A DNA stretch of 64,000 nucleotides, taken from contig NC_057719.1 in NCBI RefSeq assembly GCF_004010195.1, forward strand, positions 1,712,395-1,776,394. Reading direction: 5' to 3'. Under the pieces are notes generated by a model. The model made no database searches, was not told the DNA's origin, and was given only the letters and a program-made list of their open reading frames with translations. Position 1 is the first letter of the stretch. Each line of letters begins with the position of its first letter. Positions 40,241 through 53,127 of this stretch are shown here, in pieces. The stretch is from Chiloscyllium plagiosum (Eukaryota). The translations under genes were made by a program, and so were the position numbers.

Positions 40241-40607
40241 CAACTGAACACGGACGCAGCACCCAAATACATTTTGCAGCACGAGCCACGAGTTAGCAGT
40301 GAGCCAGAGCTTGGACCATCCCTCCCAACCAGACTGACTGCAGTATCGCTAATGCTGTGCTAGCCGTGGTCAGCCAGCTCGATCACAGATTGGAGAAGGA
40401 ACTCGGCACATTTGTATCAAAGGCAGAATGCTGGGCTGTTGGAAGTTGGGAATTAAAGAGGGAAAACGATGGAAACACTCAGCAGGTCCGGCAGCATCTG
40501 TGCAGCAATAAACAGGGTTAACGTTTCAGACTCTTTCATCAGATGAGCCAACTGACTAAATCATTGCGAGCTATCACCTGAAAATAATGTTGACATTTTC
40601 TTTGCAG

Positions 40608-40663
40608 AAAAGGAGGAACGGATAGCCAAAGAGAAAGAGCTTGGGATTTACAAAGAGCAGAAG
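40608..40663 (+). CDS. BRF1: BRF1 internal coding exon (56 nt, phase 1 to 0): (E)KEERIAKEKELGIYKEQK
   Basis: Acceptor ttttctttgcag, donor AAG|gtaata. Matches BRF1 EKEARIAKEKELGIYKEHK; phases fit both neighbours. Confidence 0.95.
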
Positions 40664-42832
40664 GTAATACATATTGAAGTGATTTTACTAACTGAAGTCG
40701 AGAAACTATTAATTCTTTGGAATTGCAAACATTTGCACCTTCATGTTCCACTCCTTCATCAGTAAATTTTGCTGATTCCATGTTTCCATGAGCCCTATAG
40801 GCTTGTTCAGTGAATGTCATTTGTTGACAGACAATAATGTTGATATTATCAACTAGACAGTCACTTAACAACTGCAAAACCTTATTTAATGTGTGCCTGT
40901 TTTGTTTTCTCTCGGAATCGCGCTCTGTTGCTGTCAGCCTGGATTCTCTTTGTGCTCAGTGCAATCTCCCTGTCACCTGTCCTTCCTTCTATCAGATTCT
41001 GTTTCTCTTTCTCTCTCACTCTCTCTTAAGGCTGCAGGTAAGAAAACACAAGGGGATGAGGACGTTGGTGGGAACAGTCTATGAGCCCCCTAACAATAGC
41101 TATATGAGAGAATAAATCAGGAGGTAATGAGGCATGTCAAAAAGGCACTGCATTTATCTTGGTTGACTTTAACCTTTCAAGTCGATTGGATAGTCAGAGT
41201 GGCAGAATTAGCCATGGGGCAGAATTCATAGTGTATACTGGAGCAATTTCTAGAACAATATGTTGTGGATCCAGCCAGGGATCAAGCTATTTGGTATCTG
41301 GTAAATAAGACACTGGTTTGATAAATAAACTCAGTGTAATAGATCCCCTAGGAAACCGTGACCATAACATGGTTAAATTTAGCGTTCGGTTTGTGGGCAA
41401 CTTGGTCAGAAACAACTGTGTGGAACTTTAAATAAGAGTAATTACAAAATAACTGGAATGCTGGAGAACAGAAGAATGGCTGGAGTGGACTAGGAAAGGA
41501 GTTTAATTGAAAATATGGCTGAGGAACAATGCCAGCAATTAGTTTATAATTCACAGCAAAGATGTATCCCAGTGAGGAAGAAGGATTCCAGAAAGGAGAT
41601 AAATCAACAATGATTAAGTCAGAAAGTTAAGGATAGGATCAAACTGAAAGAAGAATAACTTAGAACGTGACAAAGATTAGTGGCAAACCAGAGGATTGGG
41701 AATCTTTTCAATGCTAACAAAACATGACCAAAAAAAAAGGAGGGGAAAATAAATTTTGAGGGTTAACTAGCAAGTTATATCAAAACTGGCAGAAGAACTT
41801 CTTTAAATATATAAACCAGAAAAGAGAGGCCAAAGTTAGCATCGGCTTCTTAGAGAACAAGGCTGGGAAAATAATAATGGGGAGCCAGGCAGTGACAAGT
41901 ATTGAATAAATATTTTGCATTTGTCTTCACAATAGAATACATTAATAATGATCTCAAAAACTAACAATCAAGGGGAGATATAATTACCTAAGGTGAGAAT
42001 CTATAACTATCACTAGCAAAAAAGTCTTTGGGAAACCAATAGGCTCAATACATCCCTGGGCCTGATGGATTACATCTCAGGATATTTAAGGAAGTAGCTA
42101 CAGAGATAGTGGGTGCACTGGACTTCTTAGATTCTGGAAAAGTCCTGAGAATTGCCAAACCACCGCTGAAGCACTCTTCTTCATTAGAAGGGGACAAAAG
42201 TGCAGTTAGCTTAACGTTCATCATTGGGAAAATGTTCAAGTCTTTGAAAAGGATGTAATAACAGCACATATAGAAATACATGATATGATCAAGGCAGAGT
42301 CCGCATAACTTCATGAAGAGGAAATCACATCTGACAAAGAAGTAGCATGCAGGGTAGATAAAGAAGAACCAGCAGATGTGGTTTAGACTGACAAAAGGCA
42401 TTTGATAAGGTACCACGTTATGTTTCTTATTAAGACAAGATTCCATGGTGTTGGGGAGGTATATTAGAATGGATAATTGGTAACTAATCGAAAGCAGAGT
42501 TGGGAAGAGGGGCGGATTTTCAGAATGGCACCCTGTAACTAGTGGAGTGCCACAGGCATCAATGCTGGGGTAACAGTTATTTACAGTATATATCATTGAC
42601 TGGATGAGGAAAGTGAATGTATTGTTATCAAGTTTGGGGATGACACAAAAATAGGTGGGAAGGTAGGTAGTGAGCGATGACAAAAAGAGTCTACAGAGGG
42701 CTATAGAAAGGTGGATTGTTTGGGCAAAAATTTGGCAGCTGGAATACAATGTGGGAAAATGAGGTTTTGCATTTTGAGATAAAGTAGAGGAGCTGAATAT
42801 TATTTGAATGGAGAAAGATTACAAAAAGAATT

Positions 42833-43486
42833 GTAGAATCCCAACAGTGTAGAAAGAGGCCATTTAGCCAATCGAGTCTGCACCGAGCCTCCAAAGAGCA
42901 TCGCACCCACCCCAATTCCCATCCCTCCCATAACCCCACATGGGATTTTGAACAGGGCTAACCCCACTTAACCTGCGCATCCTTGGACACTAAGGATTTT
43001 TTTTAGCATGGCCAATCCACCTGAGCTGCACATCTTTTGGCTGTGGGGGGGGGAACTGGAGTACGCAGAGGAAACCCCCATAGACACAGAGAACACGCAA
43101 ACTCCATATAGACAGTCACCTGAGGCTGGAATTGAACTGAATTCAAAGTCTGTGAGAAGATTTGTAGCTCAGGTGCTTGTTTTTGTGGTTCTGTTCGCCG
43201 AGCTGGGAATTTGTGTTGCAGACGTTTCGTCCCCTGTCTAGGTGACATCCTCCGTGCTTGGGACCCAATATACCGGCCACTGCAGCAGACAGCTGGAACT
43301 GACAACTGGAAGCGGCAGAAACAAACCACTATAAATGCCAGAGGAAGCAATACAGAAGCACTTCACAGGAGGCTCCCAAGCACTGAGGATGTCACCTAGA
43401 CAGGGGACGAAAAGTCTGCAACACAAATTCCCAGCTCGGCGAACAGAACCACAACATTGAACTGGATCCCTGGCGCTGTGAGACAG
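42833..43486 (-). mobile_element. HE1-like SINE split by a PLE palindrome at 43143-43455
   Basis: HE1 sequence at 42833-43142 and 43456-43486; duplication ATTGAACTG(A/G)AT. Confidence 0.82.
43143..43455. mobile_element. Palindromic PLE unit of a second family (Poseidon-like end) with hammerhead motifs on both arms
   Basis: GCA-CTGAGGA-TGTCACCTAGACAGGGGAC-GAAA-AGTC-TGC at 43380-43419 and its inverted copy at about 43217-43258. Confidence 0.8.
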
Positions 43487-44565
43487 AAAAATAGGAGGAC
43501 TTGCTAAAACTACACAAGGCACTAGTAAGACCCCAGCTTAAGTGCTGTGAACAGTTTTGGGCCCCTTCTGTAAGGGAAGATATACTGACATTGTCCAAAG
43601 AAGATTCATGGTTTATGCCTATACTCACTGAAGTTTAGAACAATGAGAGGTGCCATTATGGAAACACAGATTCTTAGGGGACTTGTCAGTAGATGTGGAG
43701 AGATTTTTTCTAGTTGTGGGAGAGTCTCGGACAAGAGACCTCATCTTAGAATAAGGGGTCAAACATTTTGGACCAAGATGAAGAGGAATATCTTCTCTCA
43801 GAGGATGATGAGTCTGTAGAACTCCTCAGTGCAGAGGGCTGTAGAGGCTGAGTCATTAAAGGATATTTGAGGCTGAGATAGACTTTTAATCAGTAAGCTA
43901 GGAGTTGGGGGATAAGGCAGGAAAGTGGAGTTGAGAATTATCAGATCAGCCATGATCTTTTTAAATGGCAGAACATACTCGATAAATCTGAAACAAAAAT
44001 CCTGAGTGTCACTGGACCTGAAAATGTTAACTCTGCCTTCTCTCCACAGATGCTGCCAGACCTGCTGAGTTTCTCCAGCAATTCCTGTCTGTTGCATTTA
44101 TTCTCACCCTGTTTTGAAATCGCACTTGTCTACTTTTCCTTAGAACCTATGGAATCCTGCAAACTGTTCCCTCTCTCCATCATCTCCATTCCCACAGCCA
44201 TCCACAATATCTATGCTGCTCTAATTCTGGCCTCCACACCATCCCTGGTATTAATTGTTGGCTGTAATTTCGGCTGTTTAATTTTTCTATATCTTCCTAC
44301 TTCTCTCTCTCCTTCCTCCTTCCAGAAATGCTGTTTCAAACTCATTTTTTTGATTAAGCCTTGTCTCCTCTGATCTAGATACCCTAATGTGACTCTGTAG
44401 CGCATTGTGTTTTCTTCCCCTCCTGTAAAACATCTTTGGGCGTTGTTTCAGACACAATAAATACACAGAAGGTTCTGCTTTTGATTGCCTGCATGACAAA
44501 CCCTTACCTTTGAGTCACTTGGAGCAAGAGGACTTAATGTCAACAAATCTCCGTTTCTTTCAAAG

Positions 44566-44840
44566 CCCAGAAAATCATCTAAGAAACGTGAGCCAATCCG
44601 AGCCAGCACCGCAGGGGAAGCCATAGAGAAAATGCTGGAGCAGAAGAAGATCTCGAGCAAGATAAATTACGATGTGCTGAGGGATCTGAACAGCAAGGGG
44701 AGCAGCACACCAACCCGGGAGGAAAGTGACAGCAGTAACCGTGGCGGCAGTAACAGCCGCAGCAAGAAGGGACCAGCCCACCGAAAGTCAGCCGCAAACT
44801 CCCGAAGCCTTGCTACACCCGTCAACAACCTGGGCAAGAG
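44566..44840 (+). CDS. BRF1: BRF1 internal coding exon (275 nt, phase 0 to 2): [45 protein letters not shown]...TPVNNLGK(R)
   Basis: Acceptor tttctttcaaag, donor AG|gtacag. Contains the hallmark BRF1 motif [21 protein letters not shown] 44632..44913 is this exon read into the intron. Confidence 0.95.
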
Positions 44841-46282
44841 GTACAGTTACCATCTCATGCAGAGTAGTGTCGACAGTTGGCTTCATCCAGTGTTAAATGT
44901 TGAGTATCAGTAAACCCGTGTGTCTAATGTATTTTGGCTTACATCAGATAGCTGGGACTGGGCTTCCTGATGCCTTGGTCAATAGACACTGCCATTTCTT
45001 GATGCTCAGGTTTATGGGGAATAGATGGATGAGATGTGACTAATTGGTTAGCTCTTTCAAAGAGATGACACATACACGATGGGCTAAGTGGTCTTCTGTG
45101 CCAAATGATTCTATAATAATATAACATTACACCTAGCTGTGTGCACAAGGAAGGAGTGTGCTTCAGTATGCACTTTTGAGCAGTTAGTTCATGTAAGTTC
45201 ACAAGGTGATGGAGGCATTTGAGAGTCCTGATGCTGAGGTAGATAAACAAAGTCAGGTTAGAGTCACTGCTCATTATTGCATACCTTCTCGTGGAAAACA
45301 AAATTTGTCTGATTCCAGGCGAATAGTTGATAACGAACGGAAATGTTCAGAAGTTAGTGGCACTTAAGGTGAGGAAGGGAATGGGTTCAGATCAAATCTG
45401 TAATGCAACAGCAGTGGGGATCCAGTAACAGTGATCAGTTTAGAGAGAGAGATCACGTCAGCTATCCTGTGAGATGAGAGCTCTCTCTCCCATTCACAAA
45501 CAAATGGTTCCAAGTGATAGAATCAGGCAGTTTGCTTCAGTTTGCCCAGAAATGTGAAACAGTTAAAGTTGAGTCTAACTCCTGACTCACAATGCAAATG
45601 ACACACTCACGTTGACATCTTCACCCCCCCCCCCCGACTCATCTGACTAATCTCCAGGCATGACTACACCTAACCCTGCCACCTCACTCAGCTCCCCGCT
45701 CTATCACTCCCCCTCTCCCCCCACCAATTTAGTAGCAATCATCTGCTCCCTAATTGACTGACATCTAAACTGCAAGTACTAGCTCATGCCATTAAAAGGG
45801 ACATGTCCAAGTCTTTGCCTGTAGCTCTGGGGATACTTAGGGCACAGCGCCCACCATATTTCTCGTAAAGCTGATTCAGACGGTCCTGGAATGCAGAGCA
45901 GTATGGGGGTTTTTCAAGGGAGAAGGCAACGTGGCAACCATTGTATTCCTCCAAGTATCTAGGCTGCTGATACACAGGTTGAATTTTGTTTTTAATTAAT
46001 TCTCTGTGTGTATCTGACTGGTTCCTCATGTGTGTTTTTTCCCAAGGTGACGTACCAACCCATTTTTGTAAAGCTGGCAATCTGTTTGAAATGACAGATT
46101 TGAAACTTTGCATAGATTGCTTCAAAGTTCTAATCCTGAAACAAAACTGAGCTTCAGTGGAAGAGAAATTGTAGCTGCAAGCGTGGTTGAATATTTTAAA
46201 GGTGGAGATAGATAGTTGTTATAGAATAGAATCAAATGTTATCATGGATTGGTGGGAATGTGGAAATCGGAACTTAGCAAGT

Positions 46283-46400
46283 TTTGAGAAGATTTGTACG
46301 TTGAGGTTCTGGATGTAGGTTTGCTTGCTGAGCTGGAAGGTTCATTTTCAGATGTTTCATGACCATACTAGGTAACATCTTCAGTGAGCCTCTGGACATC
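46283..46400 (-). mobile_element. PLE terminal fragment related to the 43143 family, degraded hammerhead
   Basis: Reverse strand CACTGAAGATGTTACCTAGTATGGTCATGAAACATCTG..CCAGCTCAGCAAGCAAACC..ACAAATCTTCTCAAAAC. Confidence 0.7.
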
Positions 46401-46629
46401 CAGAATTGGAATTTAGCTAAATGGATCAGCCAAAATCTTACTGAATGGCAGAGCAGGCTTGAAAGGCTGATTGGGCTACTTCTATATCGTATCTAATCCA
46501 TGTGTTTGTGTGAAGTATCTTCCTGTGACCATCAGAGTACAGAATCCTCTTCAATCCCCTATCCTGATGAAGTGACAAAGAGATTCACATTCATTTCTCG
46601 ATTGTAAAGGCTACCTGTGATGGTGTTTT

Positions 46630-46920
46630 AGAGTCATAGTCATACAGCACAGATACAGACCCTTCTATCCAACTCGTCCATGCCAACCAGAGATCCTTAA
46701 TTAATTCAGTCCTATTTGCCAGCATTTGGTCCATACCCCTATAAACACTTGCTATTTATATACCCATCCAGATGCCTTTCAAATGTTACAATTGTACCCG
46801 CAATCACCACTTCCTCTCGTAGCTTGTTCCGTGCACACACCACCCTCTGTTTGAAATAGTTACCCCTCAGTTTCCTTTTAAATCTTACCCCTCAGTTTCC
46901 TTTTAAATCTTACCCCTCTC
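46630..46920 (-). mobile_element. CR1 3' end with a 25-bp tandem duplication at its 5' junction
   Basis: Tail agagtcatag; tacccctcagtttccttttaaatct occurs twice. Confidence 0.85.
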
Positions 46921-49689
46921 TTAAATTTCTCCTTCCACTTAAATCACTGATCTCTTATTTTTAAATAGTGTCCCCTAGATCTGGAAAGTAATTAGGTCAC
47001 ATGGGATGGAAAACTGTATTTCATCCACTTAATTCATAATAATTTCAACTTTCTACTCATGATTCAAAGTTTAATTTCTTTCTTCAAAGCTGGACTACTG
47101 GGATTGATCACAGTGTCAGTTACTCAATTCATTTTTATGTTTTCACGATGATGAAACGCCTTTGTCCTATTCTGTCTTCCTTGACTGCTATAAGTTGATG
47201 ACAAAGTTAAAGCCATCTGATACCAGTCTTTGATTTATCATCTTAATTATTCAGAAATACTGCATATAGTTTGAGACCTCAGTCTTAAAGCGGGATGCTC
47301 GTGTATTGAAGACAATTCAGGTAAGGTTCACTCGGCTAACTCCTGGAGTGATGGGCTGGCCTTATACAGAAAGCAGGTTGACCCGATACTCATTGGAGTT
47401 TAGAAACAAAAAGTTCCATTTGCAACTGTACAGGTACCAGAGCAGTCAGTGTCCTTATGCAGCCAGATCTATGTGGGTGCAGGTCCAATAATACTCCAGA
47501 AGCTCAGCGTCATCCAGGACAATGCAGCCTTTTTGATTAGCAGCGCAGTCACCACCGTCACTCCCTTCATCACCAACACACAGGAGCAACAGTGCAAACT
47601 ATGTACAAAATACACTGCACAAACTCACCAAGGCTCCTCTAACTGCAACTTCCAAACATGCAACCGGTACCTGTAAGGGTAAGAGGGCTGGCACGAGCTC
47701 AGTAAATATACTGAAAGCACAGTTAGATTGATTTTAAATCAACAAGGAAATTGAAGGTTGCAAGAGACATGCAGGAAGTGACTATGAAGCAAACATCTGA
47801 TCAGCCACCATCTGATTGACTGGTACAGCATGCTCAAAGGGCTGAAAGGCCTACTGCTCTTTATTATTCTCTAACAGTTCAGCATTTGATTTACTTTTGA
47901 GATAATTAAGCATCATTCCAGATCATCCTGAAATCAATGTCAGCTGCTTAATCTGCTCATCCTTGACTTTGGGAATGACCTCACCTTCAATTGGTACATG
48001 TCTGTGTGGTCCAGGAATAGCTTTGTAATAATAATCATGGTCTAAAAAGCCATCAGCAAAAAGCACAGATGAGGTGTGTAGTCAGCTATAATCTCCACCG
48101 GAGACAAATTAGGTCAACGAGTCCTTGCAAAGAGTGCTAAAAATAAGTGTGTCAGAGGTTGCTGTCCAGCTCTGATAGCTGTCAGTGTTAATATTAGTAC
48201 AGAACCTGATTCTCTCCTCTCCTCATCCTGCCCCAAACCTGTCTTAGTTCAGGGCTGTGTTTCTCTCTCAGCTGCTTACTCCAATCAGAATTAATGGCAG
48301 ATGACTGTATACCAGCCATTAGTGCATTGGTTTACATGAATATTTAATATTTCCTGGTGGGATGTTGCACGTACTCTGCTTTGTGACGGGCTGTTTGACT
48401 GCAGCTGGCCCAGACCACAGAGTTTCATTTTTATTGTCGTCTTACCTCCTTGCCCTGCCCTGAAACACTCAGATAATTCTGTAAGCTCTAACATGAGTCC
48501 CTGTGTAAGTTTATTAAATGTTTACGGACAGGCTTTTGAACTATGCAGGTCATCTCGGCAGAAATGCAACCAGTACTCGCCTATTGTATACCCATTTACT
48601 TCCAGCAAGCATCATTAGGTTGGAATTATGAGTGGGAACTTTGGCTGAGCAGCTCCCTGCTCAGGAACATCCTTATGTTCTTTTCCTCCGGCATGCTCTC
48701 CATACATGATCCCATCCCATGTTCCTACCTCTTCAAGATGCTTGTGCAGATCTGTTTAGAAAAAGCCAATCCAATAAAACCTTCACTCTAAGAAAACTTA
48801 TTTTCCTTTATTTGCCCTAGTTGACCAGAAACCCCTTGCAGAGTTTTGCTTTAATATACATTTTCACGCCACCTCTGTTGTCCTATGTTATATTGATGAA
48901 GTGTCTGACACAGGATCACAGGGCACAGACTGAGCTGCATCCACTCGTATGTCTGGCCTAAATCAACTAGTGCAGGCAGAGAAAGAATTGAAGCATTGCA
49001 GTTAATTGAAGTGCTTTTTAGTACGGAGAAAGATAATTGAGTTAAGGTTCCCAATCCATTTCTCTGCCCAGTTTCTATATGAGTGTATCCGTGTGTGCAT
49101 ACTCTGTGTAATCCTGTGAATCAGTTTTTTTGTATATATCCATATGAAGTTGTTCGTGTGTGGTGGTCACATCCATGGGTGTCTGGCTGAATATGTATGT
49201 GCTGTCCACATATTGTGCACTATCTACTGGTTACATACTAAGACCTCTACAACTCAACCATGTCATCAGTGTCCTGCAACAGGATTATGAGGCCAGTCAC
49301 ACACTTTCAGAATCACAGAATGATTCCAGCACTGAAGGAGAGAAGTTTGGCCTGTCAGGTCTGTGCCAGCCTTCCAAGGAACAGTTTACCAGTTCGACAA
49401 CACTTTTTTTCCCAGTAATCCTGCGTATTCTTCCTTCACTGATAATCCAGTTCCCTCCGAAATAAAAGCAAAAACTATGACAAAGGGTCAGTTAGACTCG
49501 GAACGTCAGCTCTTTTCTCTCCTTACAGAGAGGCTGCCAGACCTGCTGAGGTTTCCCAGCATTTTCTCTTTTGGTTCCCTCCTAAATAACTTGATGGAGC
49601 TTGTCTCCAAACTCTCAGGTAGTGCACGACAGCTCCTGACTGCTCTCGGTGAAAATGTGATTCCATGTTACCATCGCTTCTTTTGCTAA

Positions 49690-49980
49690 TTAGCTTAAAT
49701 GTGTCCTCTGCTTCTCAATCCTTCCACCAATGGGAACAGAATTTCTCTCCAGCTACCCTGTGTAGATCCTGCATGATTTTGTACACCTTCATCTGACCTC
49801 CCCTCAACCTTCATATCTCCAAGGAAAACTTCTCCAATCTATTGACAGATTTGGAGTTCCTCATCCCTGGAACCATTCTCATGAACCGTTTCTGCACTCC
49901 CACCAGTGCCTTTACATCCTTCCTAAAGTGTGGCAGGCAAAACTGGGTACAGTGCTCCAGCTGAATATTCTATACAAGTT
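49690..49980 (-). mobile_element. Old CR1 fragment
   Basis: Reverse strand LEHCTQFCLPHFRKDVKALVGVQKRFMRMVPG. Confidence 0.75.
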
Positions 49981-50519
49981 CAAGAAAATAATTTTTTTTT
50001 TAAATACAAAAGTGAATTGAATTGGACATGGAGTCCCAGCAAAGGTTCAATGTAAAGCTATATTTGTGCGGCATCATATGTCTGAAATGGTAGTGTTTAA
50101 TTGAAGTGACCCAGTTCTAGAATGTATCCATCTTCATCCAACTGAACACAAATAAGAATATCTAGATTTTGTCCATGAAGAAGGAAGATTTTAGAAAAAA
50201 TCCTGACCGATTACAGATGGAGAGATGTAGCTGAACTGAAATAGATTTTTGAACTTTGATTGTTCCAGATGATTGCTTTTGTTTCCTGTTTCTGTCTGAG
50301 AATAAATGCTGCGTATAATGCCCTATGATTAGTTCTCTATAAATAAATTGGTTGCCATAGGTACTAGAGGAGCAGGTAAATCTCTTGGATATTCAGAACT
50401 AGGTTAACTAGTCTTAAAGGATACCTCCGGCCTAATTTGCTCCTGGTTATGGAATGATCCCAGTGCACTCCTTCAGGCAGACCTGCTTTATTCTGTCAGT
50501 ACGCTCCTAAGGCTGACCA

Positions 50520-50840
50520 CATTTTGCTTGGATGCAGGTCCAAAGGTGTGACCTCTTGTGCAGTTCTAAGAGAGAGCTGTATTGCAGGAGGAATTATCCT
50601 TCAAATGAGTTACATTGAGGCCCGTCTTCCCATAAAATACTCCATGCAATTCCTGTGAATATTAGGGAAGACACTCACACTGTCTTAGCCAACATTTGTC
50701 CCTTAGCTAAGATGACATAAACAGGTTTCTGGTCACGGACATGTTCCTGTTTGTGGGAGTTTATTGTGTGCAAATTGGCTTTCATTGTGATGACACCTTT
50801 GAAATAACTCTAAAGTGATTTGGGGCATCATGAAATAATA
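50520..50840 (+). mobile_element. SacSINE1/DeuSINE-like remnant
   Basis: gccaacattt..ctgtttgtgggagtttattgtgtgcaaattggct Deu-like blocks. Confidence 0.6.
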
Positions 50841-51133
50841 AAAATATCCCAGTCACCCAGTGCAGACCTGACTGAGCAGTGGAAAGAAAGACTCAGGATG
50901 TGGTTCAAGGGTTCAGGCACAGGGTAAGCAGGGGATTAAGTTTAGGGACTGTGCGGAGAATAACTAGCAAGATAGCCTGGATGAGCCAACTAGCTGTTCT
51001 TTCTATGTCAACTTTCTTTGCGTTCTGTGTCTATTTTTGTAGAACAAGTAGTTTCATTACTTAATTTCATTGTATCAGTGACCTCTTTCAGAAAAATGAT
51101 ATTTGGAGTTTAATTGACTGTTAGAGATACTGT

Positions 51134-51271
51134 AGGAGAAAGTGAGGACTGCAGATGCTGGAGATCAGAACTGAAAATGTGTTGCTGGAAAAGCGCAGCA
51201 GGCCAGGAAGCATCCAAGGAGCAGGAGAATCGACGTTTCGGGCATGAGCCCTTCTTCAGGAATGGCTCATA
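51134..51271 (-). mobile_element. Single PLE terminal unit with intact hammerhead core; 13-bp TSD
   Basis: TTAGAGATA(C/T)TGT at 51121-51133 and 51272-51284; reverse strand CTGAAGA-AGGGCTCATGCCC-GAAA-CGTC. Confidence 0.85.
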
Positions 51272-52689
51272 TTAGAGATATTGTTGCGTTTGAAGAAAAA
51301 ATATTTAAATGTCAACATTTTAGCAGCGAGACACTCTTAGATTATTAAAGCTTTAAAATCTGAAGCAGATTTGAAGGTCAGTTCTTGTAACAGACTGGTG
51401 CAGTACCAGTCCATGTCAATTAGCTTTCTTTTTATCCATTCATGGGATCCTGGCATTCCTGGGAAGGTCAGCTTCGATGGCCCGTACTTACTTGACCTTG
51501 AGAAAGTGAATTCCTATGTACGTCAGAGGATAGTTATAAACCAACGCTTGCTGTGGACCTGGTATCATATGTAGACCAGATCCCATAAGGAGAGCAGGTT
51601 TCTTCTCGAAAGGACATTAATGAACCAGTGCATCACGGGTGTAATCCCCAGTCTGGGCTGGGCTGAGTTAGCAGCCCTCCTCTAACGAGTCAATCACTCA
51701 GCATTTTGCTTTCAGTTGCTTTTTCATGTATTCTCTGCTCATCATCCCATCCTCTGGAGCTCCCTCATTCAACATCTGCACCCCATCCTTGCTTTGAAGC
51801 CTCTCAAAGAATGATCATGCTGTTACTGCCATCTGATCTCTCTCTATTTCTCCCCCACTCACCCACCCTCTTCATCTTCTGTTGGTCCTTGTTTATCACC
51901 ATATAAAATAATTTGAAACATCTTCTAATACCTGAAACACTCTACATAAATGTACATAAAGCGTATATGTTGGGTGAGAATATGAGTAGCCTCGATCGTG
52001 ATGCTGCTGCAGTCAAATAGCCCAGCATGAATCATGCATAAAATGTTCTTTTGTTTCTGATGTCTGTGGACAGCTGACCTGCAGGGATCTTTACCCAAGA
52101 GAATCTATTCCTTCAGGATAAAATCGGAACATTAATAAAAATAGTTTTCATTTGAAATATATTTCATTTAAATTGTAATTTTGTAGTTTTCACTTTGAAT
52201 TGAAAAGAAAACGATTCTTTCCAAAAAAAATCATTAATATACTGGAATCATATGCAACTAGTTTTCCTTACCTTTCCTTTACCAACATCTAAGACTTCTT
52301 CAAATGTGCTTATATTTTATTGAGATGCTAATTTGTTCAAACCTTACCTCTGTCTATGCTAATTATCTCTCTGATGTTGGTTTCTAACATACAGAGGTAT
52401 GTAGAATATTAAGACATCCTGGCACATCAAATGAATTGGGACATTTTATCCAGGCACCTACTTTTTAGTACATCCAGCCATGTTATCATCGTAAGTTATG
52501 GTATTTCTGTAGGACAATAGGACAGAGATTTTAAAGTTACTAGGCATCATAATATGTTGGCTCAAGTAGTTACTCTTCAACTGTCTCATGCCACATTACC
52601 AGATAAAATAAACTGTACCCTCTGAACTAGTGAGAGTTGCTTGCTTGGTTTTATGATCTTGTTGAAGTTCCACTATGAAAGGTCTCTTG

Positions 52690-53112
52690 CCCAGCTTGGT
52701 GGGCAGCACTCTTGTCTCTGAGTTAAAAGGTTGTAAGTTTGATCCTCAGTTCAAGTGCTGAATGTGTGATCCAGCCTGAGTGTTCCAGCGCAGTGCTGAA
52801 TGAGTGCTATACTGTCTGAGATACCATCTTTCTGATGAGACACATCGCACTGAAAGACTTATCCTCTTGGGTGGACATAAATATCTCCCTGTTCCAGTAC
52901 AAACAGAAAAGGGTATTTTCCCCCCACCATATCCTGGCTAATATTTATCATTCAATCAACATCACTTCTAAAAGAAAAGGTTTCATGCTCTTTCCTCTCC
53001 TGTTAATTTATGGAAGCCTGCAGTGTACAAGTTGACTGCTGTGTCTTGTGCTTTACAACCATGACTTCAGGAAGTACTATGTTGGCTGTGAAGCACCTTG
53101 GAGACACTCCTG
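52690..53112 (+). mobile_element. Near full-length SacSINE1-like DeuSINE
   Basis: tRNA-like head (gcagcactcttgtctctgagt..ggttgtaagtttgatcc), Deu domain (atctttctgatgagac..gtggacataaa..atcctggctaatatttatc..tcaacatcact), L2-like tail (ttggctgtgaagcac). Confidence 0.72.
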
Positions 53113-53127
53113 GGTAGGATCCCTATT

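Larger units (their letters stand above)
41030..43980 (+). mobile_element. Long, heavily decayed CR1 (endonuclease, RT, 3' end) with nested HE1 SINE and PLE
   Basis: VGTVYEPPNN, PGPDGLHLRIFKEVA, VTSGVPQASMLG, KFGDDTKIGG; resumes after 43486. Confidence 0.85.

Noticed and set aside
42045..42749. Longest ORF in the track (234 aa, - strand)
   Set aside because: Antisense to a decayed CR1 RT region; no protein-like motifs.
1..43486. tRNA genes suggested by A/B boxes
   Set aside because: They are SINE heads continuing into V-domain and LINE-derived tails, with no complete cloverleaf.
44841..44913. Alternative BRF1 C-terminus by read-through ([23 protein letters not shown])
   Set aside because: A GT donor sits at the conserved exon boundary; a short open run into the intron is expected by chance and no nearby poly(A) signal was seen.
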